Assembly: GCA_013265495.1 (NCBI GenBank)
Contig: MU058065.1
Coordinates: 4,748,976 to 4,812,975, forward strand
Origin: Vicugna vicugna
Lineage: Eukaryota
Direction of reading: 5' to 3'
DNA: 64,000 bases
The notes under the pieces are model-generated. The model did not search any database. It was given only the letters and a program-made list of their open reading frames with translations, and had not been told where the DNA came from. Numbering within the stretch: position 1 is the stretch's first letter; each line of letters begins with the position of its first letter. Below, one piece after another: positions 12,896-25,553 of the stretch. The translations under genes were made by a program, and so were the position numbers.

Positions 12896-13218
12896 TGTAG
12901 TCATTAGTGCTGGTTACCATACAGCCCTCATTTTCTTCCTCCTGGAACATAGTTGTAGTGTACGTACTCCCCTCTCTCTTGAAGTCAGGTGACACTTTGG
13001 CCAATGAAATACATTTCCACTTCCGGGTGGATATTTGCAGACGAGCTACGTGTTTCTTGCTGTCTTTTCCTGCCTGGATCATCTATTCCCAACCTGGAAA
13101 TAGAATCGCACCAGACTTGTATCCTTGTGTGGTTTGTGACATGAGAAAATCAAGCCTTTGTTACTTCACTGAGATTTGAGGGTGTATTGTTTTCCATGAG
13201 TTATCCTGACTGGGATAG
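12896..13218 (+). mobile_element. MLT1 (ERVL-MaLR) LTR, MLT1I/J-like
   Basis: 'cttgaagtcaggtgacactttggccaatgaaat...cacttccgggtgg' and a 3' end 'catgagaaaatcaagcctttgttacttcactgagatttgagggtg...ttatcctgactg'. Confidence 0.7.
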
Positions 13219-13224
13219 CAACAT

Positions 13225-13690
13225 TCTTACCCAACACAACTTCCTGTGCCTGCTGCTCCGCGAGGCCAAAGAAGCTGAAATGTCAGAGTTTGGAGCAGAG
13301 AAAGGTTTATTTCAGGGCCAAGCAAGGAAGATGGGGTGGTTCATGCCTAAGAAAACCCCAAACTCCCCAAAAGCTTTCAGCAAATCATATTTAAAGGCCA
13401 GGTGAGGGAGAGGGGTTGCAGGGAACAGCTAGTGCACGATGCTCTGATTGGTTGATGTTAAGGGAACAGGGAGATCAACACTGTCAACCCCGAGGCGCCA
13501 AAAGGTCTGGAGCTATGTTCTCTGGATCATCACGTAGTTAATTTCTTCTCTTTGGTGGTGGTTTTTAGCATCTGAAAAACTCAGGAAATATATACGAGAT
13601 TCTGTTAGCTGGGTACTTCTCAGAAAAGCTACAGCAGAGGGTGTGGGGGAAGGGTCTGTCCCAGGAAGGTCCCACAGGGTCTCATTTACA
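13225..13690 (-). mobile_element. ERV1-type solo LTR (Laurasiatheria/Cetartiodactyla family)
   Basis: Minus-strand AATAAA ('aaaggtttattt', about 13306), TATA-like 'tatttaaa' and CCAAT ('ctgattggtt') appear in LTR order. Ends in 'ttaca'. Possible TSD acat/acac (1 mismatch). Confidence 0.75.
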
Positions 13691-14599
13691 ACACTTTTGT
13701 GGTCATTGAAATAAAACTAAGAAAAAGATGATAGAAAATTCAATATAAATTAATTGAAAAATAAGTGAAGTTTTTTTTTTCTCCCTTAAGTTATTTTTTC
13801 CTAGTGTCTTTATAACCTGTGTGCGTATTTATCAATTGCCCGGTGAAATGGAACAAGGTGATGCTTTGACAATCTAGAAGCAGTCTTTTCACTACGGGGA
13901 GAAAGCATGTTTGAAGACTTTTTTATGAACGTACCTCTTCTTTTAAGGGAGACCTAGTGGGTGGAAGAGTGGATGACCGTGATCTCTTCAATTCTCCTCT
14001 ACAGCTTCCCAGGATGGAATAGAACATTCGTGGTATAGAAAAGAGAGCGTAGAAATTTTGTGAGCTTCTTTGTTACGTTTTGGAGGGACGATGTGCAAAC
14101 TGCCCCACTGCATTGCTTTCCTTGTCTTTTCCTTTTCTTTATCTTCTTTTTATTTTTTCACTACCATCTTTCCTTTCTAGCTGTCCAAAGAAAAATGAGA
14201 AGGAGAGATAGGATTTCTTCAATAGAGGAAACCGTCCGACCCAGCTCCAGACACACTCCTGTTGCACGGTCGTCTTGTAAAGCTGCAGAGAGCAAAGACA
14301 AAACCCTCAAAACTTTCTTTTTTCTTGTCCCAGACTAAGTAGAAATGTACTGACTCATTTTGTGACTGGAAGTATTGTCTCCTTTTCAGGCCATGACTAC
14401 GTGGTGAGGAAAGAATTCATATCACAATGTCTAGAGGGAAGTGTATTGGAAGTCTGCACTCTCTCCAGGCACTTGGTGGGTCACAGAAGTTTGGGGAGCT
14501 GTCCTTTTCCTAAGTTTTGGGTCCTGTATATAAACCTCAGAAGTCTGCCTACCATCATTTATTGTACACCAACTTCCACTGGTGGAGGACTGATTTCCA

Positions 14600-14770
14600 G
14601 AGTTAGTGTGTATAAATATTACCTGAGTAGTTTATGAGAAATGTTCTGGTCTTCCCCCTAGGAAATCCATCTCTAGATTTGAGGTGAGTCTCAGTAATCA
14701 AAAATTTAACCAGTCCCACTCTCTTTCCCAGAGAGACTCTGAGACAGTGATTGGAAAATACCTCACTTGA
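14600..14770. mobile_element. MER5-type hAT-Charlie fragment
   Basis: 'attacctgagtagtttatgagaaatgttctggtcttcc...gaggtgagtctcagtaatcaaaaatttaaccagtccc' resembles MER5. Confidence 0.45.
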
Positions 14771-15636
14771 AAAATTCTCTGTTAGAGAATTGGGTTTATT
14801 GTTTTACATATAAATTATTTTCATTATGCTTTATCATAAAGCTTGATTTGTTCCCAGAGGAAATACATAGACATGAAGTGAACAACATGTGTTCTCCACT
14901 GCTTTAATTAAAAGAGTGGCATGCAAATTTCAGTGCTATTAACAAAGCCAAAATGGATTTGCTTTTCTGGATAATTGAATATGTTAAAACTTCAGTGCTT
15001 TCTTCTATGGCTTAACTCTATAAATTCTGCATCATTTTCATTTTATAGGTACTGGAATGTATTGCAAATTCCTTTATGGCAAGAAGAATGACTTAAGCTT
15101 TTAATTTTAATTTTTTTTAAATTCTAGCATCAAGCATAAAAACTAGCATAAAATGGTACGAAATAAAAATGGGACATATTAAACTAAGTTGACACCAATC
15201 TTTTCCATAAAGGAAAATATTTTATTTTATGATGCTTGATACCCTCTATGTGATGGAAACATGTCTAAGCACACCATATTTCAAGGACTGAACACCCTCC
15301 CCCCAATACATATATTTTTGAATGACACATGTGAAACCTATTAAGGAGAAATCAAATAACAAAGGCCAGTCACTTTTTTTTTTGTTGTTACAGTAGTTTT
15401 CAGACAGGCACTGCTGCTCCCTTCCAAGATATGTCTTGGACTAAAATACGTCTGTGTGGATGCCCACCTAGATTTCTTATCATTGATTGCCTATTTATTT
15501 GTTCTCTCATTAAACATGAATTTGGTATCTATTGCATGTAAAAGATAAAAAGATGAAAAACAGAACCCCCAAATAAATTTTCCCTCTATGGCTGATATGA
15601 TACAAACAAAAATAATCATAATAGAAAACAGTAAAT

Positions 15637-16124
15637 GCAGTTCTCACTTTCAAGATGGCATCCAATGTTCACCACCTCCTGGTTTTCACACATTTCTGTA
15701 GCTATCTCCCATCATGAACTGTGGTTGTCTGTGTTACCAAGAAGACACAGAGGAAGTAACAAGATGTGACTTCCAAATCTTAGCCATGAAGGGCACTACA
15801 GTTCTGCCTTGCTCTTGGACTAATTGTTCTCATTGTAAAGACACTCAGCAGCTCTGTAGAGAGGTCATGTAGAGAGAAACTGAGACTCCTGCCAAGAGCC
15901 AGCATGGACCTGCCAGCCATATGAGGGAGCCAGGGAGGAAACCAGCCCTCCAGATCCAGCCAAGTCTACTTCCCTGAACGCAGCTCCACAAAAGACCCCA
16001 GGACAGAACCACCTCAAGCCACTCCTGAATTCCTGATCCATAGAAGCTGTGAGATGATAAATGTTTTCTGTCGTTTCTAGTCAGTAAGTTTTGAGATACT
16101 GTTTTCAGCAATAAATAACTAAAT
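15637..16124 (+). mobile_element. MLT1F/G-like LTR (ERVL-MaLR)
   Basis: 'aagatggcatccaatgttcaccacctcctgg', 'gagaggtcatgtagagagaaactgagactcctgcca' and a 3' end 'ctcctgaattcctgatccatagaagctgtgagatgataaatgttt...cagcaataaataactaa'. Confidence 0.85.
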
Positions 16125-16129
16125 AATAA

Positions 16130-16350
16130 ACACAAGCTCTTTCTAGAAAAATCCAAAGTGTGATGGAGGTTATATGAGAAAATGTTTCATGGAAGAGATA
16201 GCATTTGAGTGAGAAGGCTTGAAAAAACAATAGGATTTAGAAATGCACAGATGAGAAAGAAAGCTATTCTAGGTAATGCATGCAAAGGCCAAGAGACAGT
16301 GATGTGTGAAGAGGATTAGGCAAATGTCAAGTAGTCTTGTTTGATCACAA
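16130..16350 (-). mobile_element. L2 fragment
   Basis: 'tttcatggaagagatagcatttgagtgagaaggcttgaa...tattctaggtaatgcatgcaaaggccaagag'. Confidence 0.6.
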
Positions 16351-16599
16351 TATTAGTTCCTCCATTTGCCTCAGAGTTGTGGGTTTTGCAGGATTGGGTC
16401 TAGATGTAGGGCTGTTTCTTTTTTGGAGCCAAGAGGGTGTTGAACATGTACAGTTGAGCATAACACTGAGTAGTGGTCAAGTCAAAAAAGGTAAAATGAA
16501 ATAGGCCATAAAACATAAGCAAAAGACAAGCCAAGACTTGGAAGAACCCAGGGACAAGGAAGCAAGACATACAGAAGAGGGTTTATTCAGAATGAGAAC

Positions 16600-17005
16600 A
16601 CTGTTGCTTATGGATGAGTTTTTCTATAAGCCTACATCTGACTTGACATACATGCAGACTAACTGAATTGAAAGAATCGAGGCAGATTATGAATATAGTC
16701 ACAAAAACCACAGATAAAAACCAGACCCAGTGATGTATATAAAACAAGTAGGCTTTATTTAAGGAATATGAAGGTGGCTTAATAATAGAAAATCTCTGAA
16801 TGCCATAGCATAGGATAGAAGGAAAAATGTAATGATATTAATTGCTGCAGAAAAAAAAAATCTTGATTCAATTCAATGTGCATTTATGTTAAGAACTCTT
16901 AGAAAACCAGGAATAAAAAGAAAGTTTCTTAACCTGAAGAACAAGGATAGATTCTATGCAAAGTCTAGGAAACATAACTTGGGGAAATGTTAGAAATGTT
17001 TATAG
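16600..17005 (+). mobile_element. Old L1 ORF2 (RT region) fragment
   Basis: 'aagtaggctttatttaaggaatatgaaggtggcttaataatagaaaatc...gcagaaaaa...ttgattcaattcaa...aactcttagaaaaccaggaata'. Confidence 0.7.
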
Positions 17006-17011
17006 AATAAG

Positions 17012-17215
17012 TGTATCAGGTGAGGCAATGCTCACTACTATTAAGAGATAAATCCCAGATTATCAGCATTTTAACACAATGAATGTTTAATCCTCAATTA
17101 TATCACAGATCAATGGAGTTGTTCCCAGGGAAGTGGATTCCCCACTTGGCCATTAAGAGCTTTTTCTGTGTTGAGATTCTTTCCATCTTAAGACTCTACC
17201 ATCCTTTTGCTTGCA
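17012..17215 (-). mobile_element. MLT1-type LTR fragment
   Basis: Antisense MLT1 3' end 'tgtatcaggtgaggcaatgc...aaatcccagattatcagcattttaacacaatgaatgttta'. Confidence 0.5.
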
Positions 17216-17495
17216 GCTTTCCATGTAGGTCTGGTCATCATGTTCCTGTCTAAATCACCTTTAAGACGAATGTTATTTTCTGTTTTGTGACTTTTTACCT
17301 CTATATGAATGGGAAAGTGTATACCTTAAAAGTCAGAGCCTGGAGACTGGGCTATCCTGTATACTTCAGGCCACAGGCAACCTTCTTTTATAAAAGATGC
17401 AGAACTGTCATGACCAAGCACAGGCAACACAGCAGAAAGGTTAGAGCTCTAGGAATAGATCCAATATGGAGTCAGGTTTGCTCTTCTCTGTTACA
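17216..17495 (-). mobile_element. ERV1-type LTR, 5' portion only (MER41-like start)
   Basis: Minus strand begins TGTAACAGAGAAGAGCAAACCTGACTCCATATTGGATCT. No poly(A) signal or 3' end is visible, so it is truncated. Confidence 0.7.
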
Positions 17496-18254
17496 GACAC
17501 AGATGCCCTCCTTTCCCATCAAACTAGAGTGAAGTGACTTCTTATATCAGAGTGAAAGGGGAGCCCAATTTTGCTAGTTCTCTTAAAGGAGACTCCTAGG
17601 AGGCAGTATACAATATTATTGTCATCCTGTCCCCTCACATTGCCACCATGCAGGACATGCATCAATAAACCTCGAAGAACTGACAGATCTTGGTCTTTGG
17701 CAGTCTTGAAGGAAGCTGGGCAAAAAAATTTTTCAAGATAAGCCCCCCAGGAATCATGAACCTAATTCTACACTGTATCTAAATGGCTGCTTCCCACAAA
17801 CAGTGGCAGCATATTCTTCTCTCTTTTCCCCTCATCCTCCAGGGCAGCTCGTAAGTGAGGCAGCTCATTGAGGCTTAGGGGAGCAGAACCATGAACATCA
17901 ATAAGACCCTTGATCCTTCTCAGTGAAGGCAAGTGAGCTGGGGCTGCCTCCTAGCTCTTGAGAGACAAGAGGCTATTATGACCGTGCACTTTTTAACCTG
18001 TTCTGTAGAGACAGCAATCACATACTGCCATAATTCCATTAGTTAATGAATACTTTAAGAATTAGTCCATCGTAAAAATACACTTAAAAATTAGTCAATC
18101 AATTATCTCTTCTGTTAATGTTTCCTCCTCTTTTTTTAAGGCTCCTCATTTAGCTGAAACCGTATGGGAAAGATATGATTAATTATTGGATTTAAACTCT
18201 TCATTTGATTATAAAAATAGATTGAGGAAGGGAAGAACCATTCCTGATTCTTAA

Positions 18255-18425
18255 TATGAGGCAAGCATGCCACGTCTGTCTACCCTTGGCCCTGGCAGAC
18301 TGGTGCTTATTGTGGTCTTGCTTGTTGAGCCTAGACTCAGCTTCAGAATCCTACTTGACACAGGAAACCAGGCAAACATTAGCAATTGATCAGTTGCCGT
18401 AGGTGGAAGTAATTAACCAACTTCC
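18255..18425 (+). mobile_element. MER117-like hAT-Charlie MITE
   Basis: 'ttgagcctagactcagcttcagaatcctacttgacacaggaaaccaggcaaacattagcaattgatcagttg' is close to the recalled MER117 core. Confidence 0.65.
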
Positions 18426-18439
18426 ATTTTAATAAAAAA

Positions 18440-18560
18440 GAACCTGATTTAAGATGCGGAGATCTGAGTTATAAACTCCTTTCTTTCAGTTTCTAGCTGT
18501 GACTTTAGGCAAATTGCTTAATCTCACTTAGCCTATATTTCTTGTCTTTGAAAGGAAATA
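18440..18560 (+). mobile_element. MIR SINE
   Basis: 'ctagctgtgactttaggcaaattgcttaatctcacttagcctatatttcttgtct'. Confidence 0.65.
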
Positions 18561-20452
18561 CTTCTGTAGCATTATGTCATGTGAACGTTGAACTCGTGCA
18601 AAATCAACTGTATACATTCAGCAAATAATAAGAACAACAATAATCATTGTTTTCTACAAGAAAATCTCCAACGAATGTAAACTACTTAATCAAAGAAACA
18701 GTGATCTTTTCAATGTAGTAGGAAAAACCGGTTGGCTTGGCCTCAGGAGGAAGGTGAAATAAGCACAGAATCATTTATGTTATTTTCATGAACTTTTAAA
18801 GAGATTTTTGAAGGGCAATTTTGACTCTACACAATTTTTGCCTGATGTGCTGATTATAGATACAATCCCACTTAAGGAATGACTGCACTCTAGTAAATGC
18901 CAGAGCTAATGAGCGGTTGTGAGGTTAAATGAATGGGAGGGATGAGAGAACTTTCAAAAGGAAGAAAGCACTGCTCAAATATAAAGCTACAGTGTGATGG
19001 AGGTGGTGGTGGTGGTGATAGGAAACCTTGGGTGCCCTGTGTGCCCAAGAGAACATTAACATGTTGCTAATGAGAATTCATTATCTACACTCATCCCGTA
19101 AAAACTGTTGCATTTGGTGTTCCTTTGTGTTAAGAAGTGATCTGTCTCCCTATGGATTCCCTCACATTCTTTTGCATTCGTGACATCCTAGAGAATCTTT
19201 GTGGTTAAGTCTTACCTGTATTCAATGGGTTTAGATCATGCAGAAGGGATTTAAGGGTGACACTGTGGGAGAGTGGGAAGGAGTTGGTGGGTGTGGACTA
19301 TCAAGTTCTTGACTGTGGTTCTTGATGGAAACCAGAAGATGCTAGAGGTATTGTACAAGAGAGAAAACTCAGGCTAACCCCTCAGCACAAGCAGGGAGGA
19401 GAGAAGAATGGGCTTGCTTACTGGTTCCAAGTCTGGGAGTTATTTGTTGATTAGCAATGGACGAGTCTGTGTAAAATTCAGCCAAGGGTAGAACTTAGAA
19501 GAAATGGAGATCTTCATTTGAACATTGAGGATGGAACAGCAGTCAGGCCACCATATCTCCAAGATGATGGAAGAGATCTTAGGGCTGGTTGCCAAGGAGT
19601 AGTGAGATCTTGAAAGAAAATTAGAAGGAAAATCCAATATTGAACTAAAGATGGAACTGTCTAAAAAGCAGTGGCACAGAGAGGATCAGAAGGCCCACAA
19701 CCGTCCCTCGAATAAACTTAGGTGACACAGTGGATTGATGAAAAGCCCCATTTCAGAGTTTACTCTTTACCAGAAAACCATGATGGATTAGGAAAGAAGT
19801 CCATTCTCACTGTCAGCGTTTCACAACTGAACCTAACCCAAATCGACATGAATCTAACATGCTCAAAGACTGGGGGATAGCAAACAGAAAATGGTAATCA
19901 TTGGTCAGTCATTTCTATGTTGCTGCATCTAAAACAAAGATTATAGCAATGAAAATTTTGGTCAGATGGCTACGGATTTATCAGGCAAACCACAAATCCT
20001 GTTCTGGGGCCCAGGGGACAAATTCCTCAATAGTCAAGGGTTGGGTCAAGAGTGAAGACAACGCAGGCCCAACCCCAAGTATTCCCACTGTGCTGGTGAC
20101 AAGGAGTCGTTGTGATTTTCAGGTACTTTCAAGCTTTCTTATCTATAAACTGCTGACTGGCTGCCACCCAAATTCCTGCCCAAAGGCCAGAAAGTAACAT
20201 TAAGAAGAAAAGAAATCAAGGAATATTAGGTAAAGAAACTTCTGGCATTTTAATAGAGAAGCAGAATATGAGATTTGAAAAAGAGAAAGCTGTCTCCAAT
20301 CCCTTGAAATGCTTGACCCCCTGCCCACCTTGGCAGATAGATACTCTTGAGTAGAAATGGATATGTGCTTGAATATGTGTGTGTGTGTGCATGTGAGCAT
20401 GTGCAGTTTTGTTTTGTTTTGTTTGGCTCTGTTATTGGTTTAAAATGTAGTA

Positions 20453-20686
20453 AAGGGATAGACTGGGATTTCAAAATTGTAGAATAGATAAACAAGATTA
20501 CACTGTATAGCACAGGGAAATATACACAAAATGTTACGATAAAACACAGAGAAAAAAATGTGACAATGAGTGTGTATATGTCCATAAATGACTGAAAAAT
20601 TGTGCTGAACACTGGAATTTGACACAACATTGTAAAATGATTATAAATCAATAAAAAATGTTAAAAAAAAGAAATGATAAAAAAAT
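20453..20686 (+). mobile_element. Recent 5'-truncated L1 (camelid-type 3' UTR) with perfect TSD
   Basis: 'agggatagactgggatttcaaaattgtagaatagataaacaagattacactgtatagcacagggaaatatac...ttgacacaacattgtaaaatgattataaatcaataaaaaa' plus an A-tail. Identical aaaatgtagta at 20442-20452 and 20687-20697, at a TT/AAAA site. Confidence 0.92.
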
Positions 20687-21730
20687 AAAATGTAGTATTC
20701 TGTATATTTCTTTTTTTAATGGCAGGGTTCAGAAATACTGATAGGCATAAATGTATCTTATTTCCCAGTTTTGTTTTTTTTTTTCATTTTCAAGCCCTCT
20801 TTCAGGTCTGGTTTTTCATTGTCATATTAGAGAATTTCAGGTAGATTTAAGTTACCTCAAAGAAGACTTTATAACATCTACCTATCTCACACATACACAC
20901 ACACCCACACCCTCTCTTTCTCTCTTCTCAGCTTTTATAATTTCCGTTGCAAAGAAATTAAAGACATTTGGCAGAAACCCCAACTACATCTAGGTGGTGA
21001 TCTATTAAATTTATGCCCAGATGAAAATGTGTGAAATCATATTTTAGAAATTTAAATTTTATTATTAGGCTCACTTTTAATGTACATTTTTCCTTTTACC
21101 TTTCTGAAATCTAGTCTCTAAACTTCCTCCTCCCCCGGTGATTCTTCTAACACTACATTTCAAAATGCTACTCCCAGATTTCATGGGCTATGTTTTCCGA
21201 TTTGCACGAATACATCTAATGTAAAAGAGACCTAGCCTACAGGGAGCATGGAGAAAAGTCCTCTCTTTGAAGACTAGTTTTAATGGATCATTTAATAATT
21301 CATTTAAAAATTGTGCACAGAGACAGTCAATGTTCTCCCTCTCTCATTATGTCTGTGATCTGACATTCCAACAGGTACACAGTCCCGATTTCAGATATCC
21401 TAGAGACTGAGTTAAACAGACGTCAGTTAAGCAGGTGTGTCCGGGAGGGGTACACAGAGGCACAACCACACAGACTGTGCACAAGAAACCTGCTTCTACG
21501 CATGCTCACGGTTCAGTGCGCTCCGCACGTAAATCTGCGTTGCCTCATTTTGATCGCTTGAGTGATGTAGGGTATCAAGGTCATATTTCACAACACAGTA
21601 AAAGCCAAAAAGAACAACAGTGATAGAATAAGTTGGCCATAATTTTATTTTGTCTAAAAATAATATTAGTAAAAGAAGTACCTTTCCTTAAAATATCCAA
21701 AGAAGGCATTTACTTATCCAGTGTTTACCA

Positions 21731-21885
21731 CAATGGTTTTTCAACAATGTGCCTTTTTAGAAGGCACATTACTGAGACGCTATTCGGATTTAGTGGGGCC
21801 TCCTTGGGGCTTAGCTGTCTGCATTTTAACAAGCGCCCCCAGGTGATTATTCAGACAATCCTTGAATACCAGACTTAAGAAGCCC
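21731..21885. mobile_element. MER5-type hAT-Charlie MITE
   Basis: 'tctgcattttaacaagcgcccccaggtgatt' is a MER5 hallmark. Confidence 0.65.
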
Positions 21886-24800
21886 GGCCTCTCTTGAATG
21901 CTTCATGAGGGGCAGTTGCCGTAGCATTCAGGTTTTATTTTCTAGAATATTTTCTTGCTTCTCAGGCATCAGCATAGCCCAATTACCCCATGAGGATAGA
22001 ACTCCATGGAAACTTAACCAAAAATAGATGAAAATGAAGGATGGGGTATAAAATATTTTTCTAAAGACTATACCCAGTTTTCTCATGGTCTGCCATCTGA
22101 TAGATTTAGAACTTGTTCTTTTTCAAGATCTCCAAATTAGCATTTGTTAAAAAAATAAAATATTTCAAAAGCACTTTGATTTAATGGAGTTCTCCATGAA
22201 AAAAAAAATTTTTTAATGTTCTTATTGTTTCTAACTGTCAGAGAACATGAAAATAACCTCAATTCTGCATAAAACTCTAAATTCGTTTTTTCTTTTTTTA
22301 ATTTTTCTACATTCATTAGCAGGTGATTGCTGCATCAAGCTCATGAAAAAGGAAAATGTACACTCATTTCACTGCTTCTGCTACATATCAGAAAGTTTGA
22401 ACGCTTACATTTCCACTGAGCAGGGAAGAGAGCTGGGTAGGAGAGAAAAACCACACGAAGGCACATGGGAACGAAGGCGCTTCCCTAGTTCACTGAGTGC
22501 CTCGGTCCCCTTTGCTTGACCTCTCGGAGCAGTTTCTGACATGCAACCTCCATGAAGGCATTCAAGACTTGTATGTTGCCAGTTCAGCCCGCTGGCTTTT
22601 CCCAGAGGCTAGAGATGAAACAGACATATGTTTCTGTACACTTTGTATTTAGATCTTCTCCTCAGGATGGTAGAATTCTTTTACATCACAATATCAATGT
22701 CCTTCTGTAAGATACAACTCAGTGAACACCTGTGTCAACTAAGGATGAGAACACATTTGTCTTTTACTTTTTTTTTTTCCCCCAATGAGAACTACAAAAA
22801 GATGCAAAACATTGTTCTTTCTGCCCAGGCTCCTGGACTACCAGAATATTTAAAATAGCTTAGCCCATCTTTCTGGTGCCATTATCATTCCTCACTTAGT
22901 ACTTTCGATCTCATTTCTTTAACTCACCTGTGCTAACTGTATATCCATTCTTCCGAAATTATTTGAAACCCTTTGGAAATTTGGGTGTGTATGTGTAAGC
23001 CCGCAAGTGTATGTATATGTAAATATAATTTTCACATAAATGCAGTTATCTGACAAGGCAAGTCCACGTATAAAATAAAACAAGCATGTGAGACAAATGA
23101 AAAATACCCAGTTGCATAGAGAGAGATGTGTCTAGAAGTTACCAGGGAGATGTTCTGGTTACCTTACAACATAATGGGCAAGAAGAGATATGGACCAGCA
23201 GATAGACAGAGGCACTTACTAATAGAATTCTTTCCTGTGTCTTCAGTGTATCTAAGAACATGTGCAATTTGGTACAATTCAGAATTTACAAATGATGGCC
23301 AAGTAATGGTTATTTCACATTCATATACTGAAACACAGTGGTGGCAGTCAAAATTTGAGACAAATCTTATAACTTCGTCCTTAGCCATTTCTTTCTCATC
23401 AATGGTTGCAATATGGATGATCAGAATTTGTGATGATGGTCATTTTTCTTGATAGATTATAATTTTATCAGGGTAACAATGAAGAAAAAGCTTGCTCTGT
23501 ATGCCTGACGGTTTTCTTCTTTTCTTCCTTGTAGCTCATTTGTAACCTGCCTATTAAGCTGTGGCATTTTATGCCTCAGAGAAGAATGAGAGAACTGATA
23601 TTTGGATGGTTTCATCTTCTATCATTTCGTATAAATTGAACTCATTTTCACCATCTCTGAAGAATATTCTTTTAATATGTGTGTTAGACATTTCCTTGCA
23701 TCACAGTTTAAGAGAGCTGCTGTTGGACCTACAGAGAAAATCTAAAATAAAGCTTTGTTTTTATTCTTATCTTATCTCTCTGGGTTTGCCTATGATCGTA
23801 TAGCTGGCCGGATACCCAATCTAATTCTGCCCACTACCAACCAACTATTCAAGATTTAATCTTTCCAGGAATGTTACACGTATGGCCCATCATAATGTTA
23901 GCCTTGGTCCTGAAGACCACTGCACTGTAATCTCTGGAACCCCAGCTCTACTTTGAGACCCATTCCAACTCATGGCAGTATCCTTGTCAAGAAGAGATTT
24001 TTCTAGAACTTCCTGTTCCCACATCACTGCTTCAGCCCAATTCTTGCTCATGACCTTGACTGAATTTTCTGAATTCCACTGAATTTTTCTCTGCTCCACA
24101 GGATCTCTTCTCTGTTACAACCAGTAACGGGATCATCTCTTTATCTACCAATGGAGAGACCCTATTCTTTCTTCATAGTTGACTCCAGTTGCTTGTTAGA
24201 AGGAACCTATCAAATGTGGAGGCAGAAGGTATGGAAGTAGAGATGGGGAGGGGCTGAAGAGAGCACACAATCCTTCCCTCACCAGAATTCAACTTATTTT
24301 ATTCAGTTCTCCTGCGAACACTAAAATTCTTTCTTCTCCTGCCCTTTCACTTTGGGAAATGCACTGCTTTTCTCTCCAGTCATGACCACAAATGACACAC
24401 CCATCATTGTACCCACTCCTGTGGCCATCTGTTACCATAGTCCCATGGCAGAGTTTCCTTGCGGCACAAGGCATCTTGAGATGGGACAAAACAGGTGGCA
24501 TCATTTGTAAAGTTCTGTGAAATAAGCTAAAAGGCATGAAAATATGTGCCTTCTGTCATCATGTTCCAAACATGGTTATTCAATAAGTGTTCAATATTGT
24601 TCATGACTTAATCATTTCTTCAGCATGAGGTTTTAATTCCCTTTAAAAATCTAGTTTATTCTTTCAGAGTCATCATTCTAAAAAAGGTTGCTAGACTAGA
24701 ACAGGACTTTATAAAGGATCTATAAAGAAATACATATATATACACACACACAATATATATAACAACCTGTAACTGTAACAGAAGGTATGAAGGCTCCATC

Positions 24801-24974
24801 CGGCTACAATTACGCATGTGCAAATGTGTGTGTTTGTGTCTCTGTGTCAGATGTGACGTGGCTGGGGGAAGACAGTGAGGAAGACCTATGTTTTTTCCTC
24901 CCATTAGCTTTGGCATAAACTTCTGCAACTTCTGTAAGGGAAAGTTTGTTGTGTATACAATTATTTGCAAACAT

Positions 24975-25180
24975 GAGCAGTTTAGTATAGGAGAATAAAC
25001 CTAGGATTTAAAATCAGAAGAGTTGGGTTCAAATCCTACCTCTACCCCTTCATAGCTGCTACCAGAAATTTTTTGAGTCTCTGTGGAGGTGACGATAAAT
25101 CCCGTGTCACAGGATTAGAGTAAACATCAGAAAAGATGATATATCCATAAACTCCTGTATGTATGGTGGTTTTATTGTTA
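24975..25180 (+). mobile_element. MIR SINE
   Basis: 'aatcagaagagttgggttcaaatcctacctctacccttcatagctg...tcacaggatta'. Confidence 0.7.
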
Positions 25181-25553
25181 CTCTTGTGAACATTGTGTCA
25201 TTTTTATCATTAATATCACCTTTGTTTCTCTATCATATTCTGAAGAGTTAGGCTGTTTTTGTGAAATCGCATGTAAGTATATCCTTTAAATTTGCTATCG
25301 GTAAAATCGGTTTACCATTAAAATTTGTTTTGATGTCAGGGAATAGATTATTAGCTCCTTAATAAGGAGAGGGAGAAACAAAGGCTTAAGTTGGGGGAGA
25401 AAAAAGGAGAGAAAGAGAGAACAAGGAAAAGAACCAAGAAGGAAAGAACTGACTTACATTAACTGGCTAATCACACACCCAGACGATGTTCAGGACACTT
25501 TTAAACAAGTTCTCAATAACCTGAATGGTCATAATTTTCTCTCTTGTGGCTGT

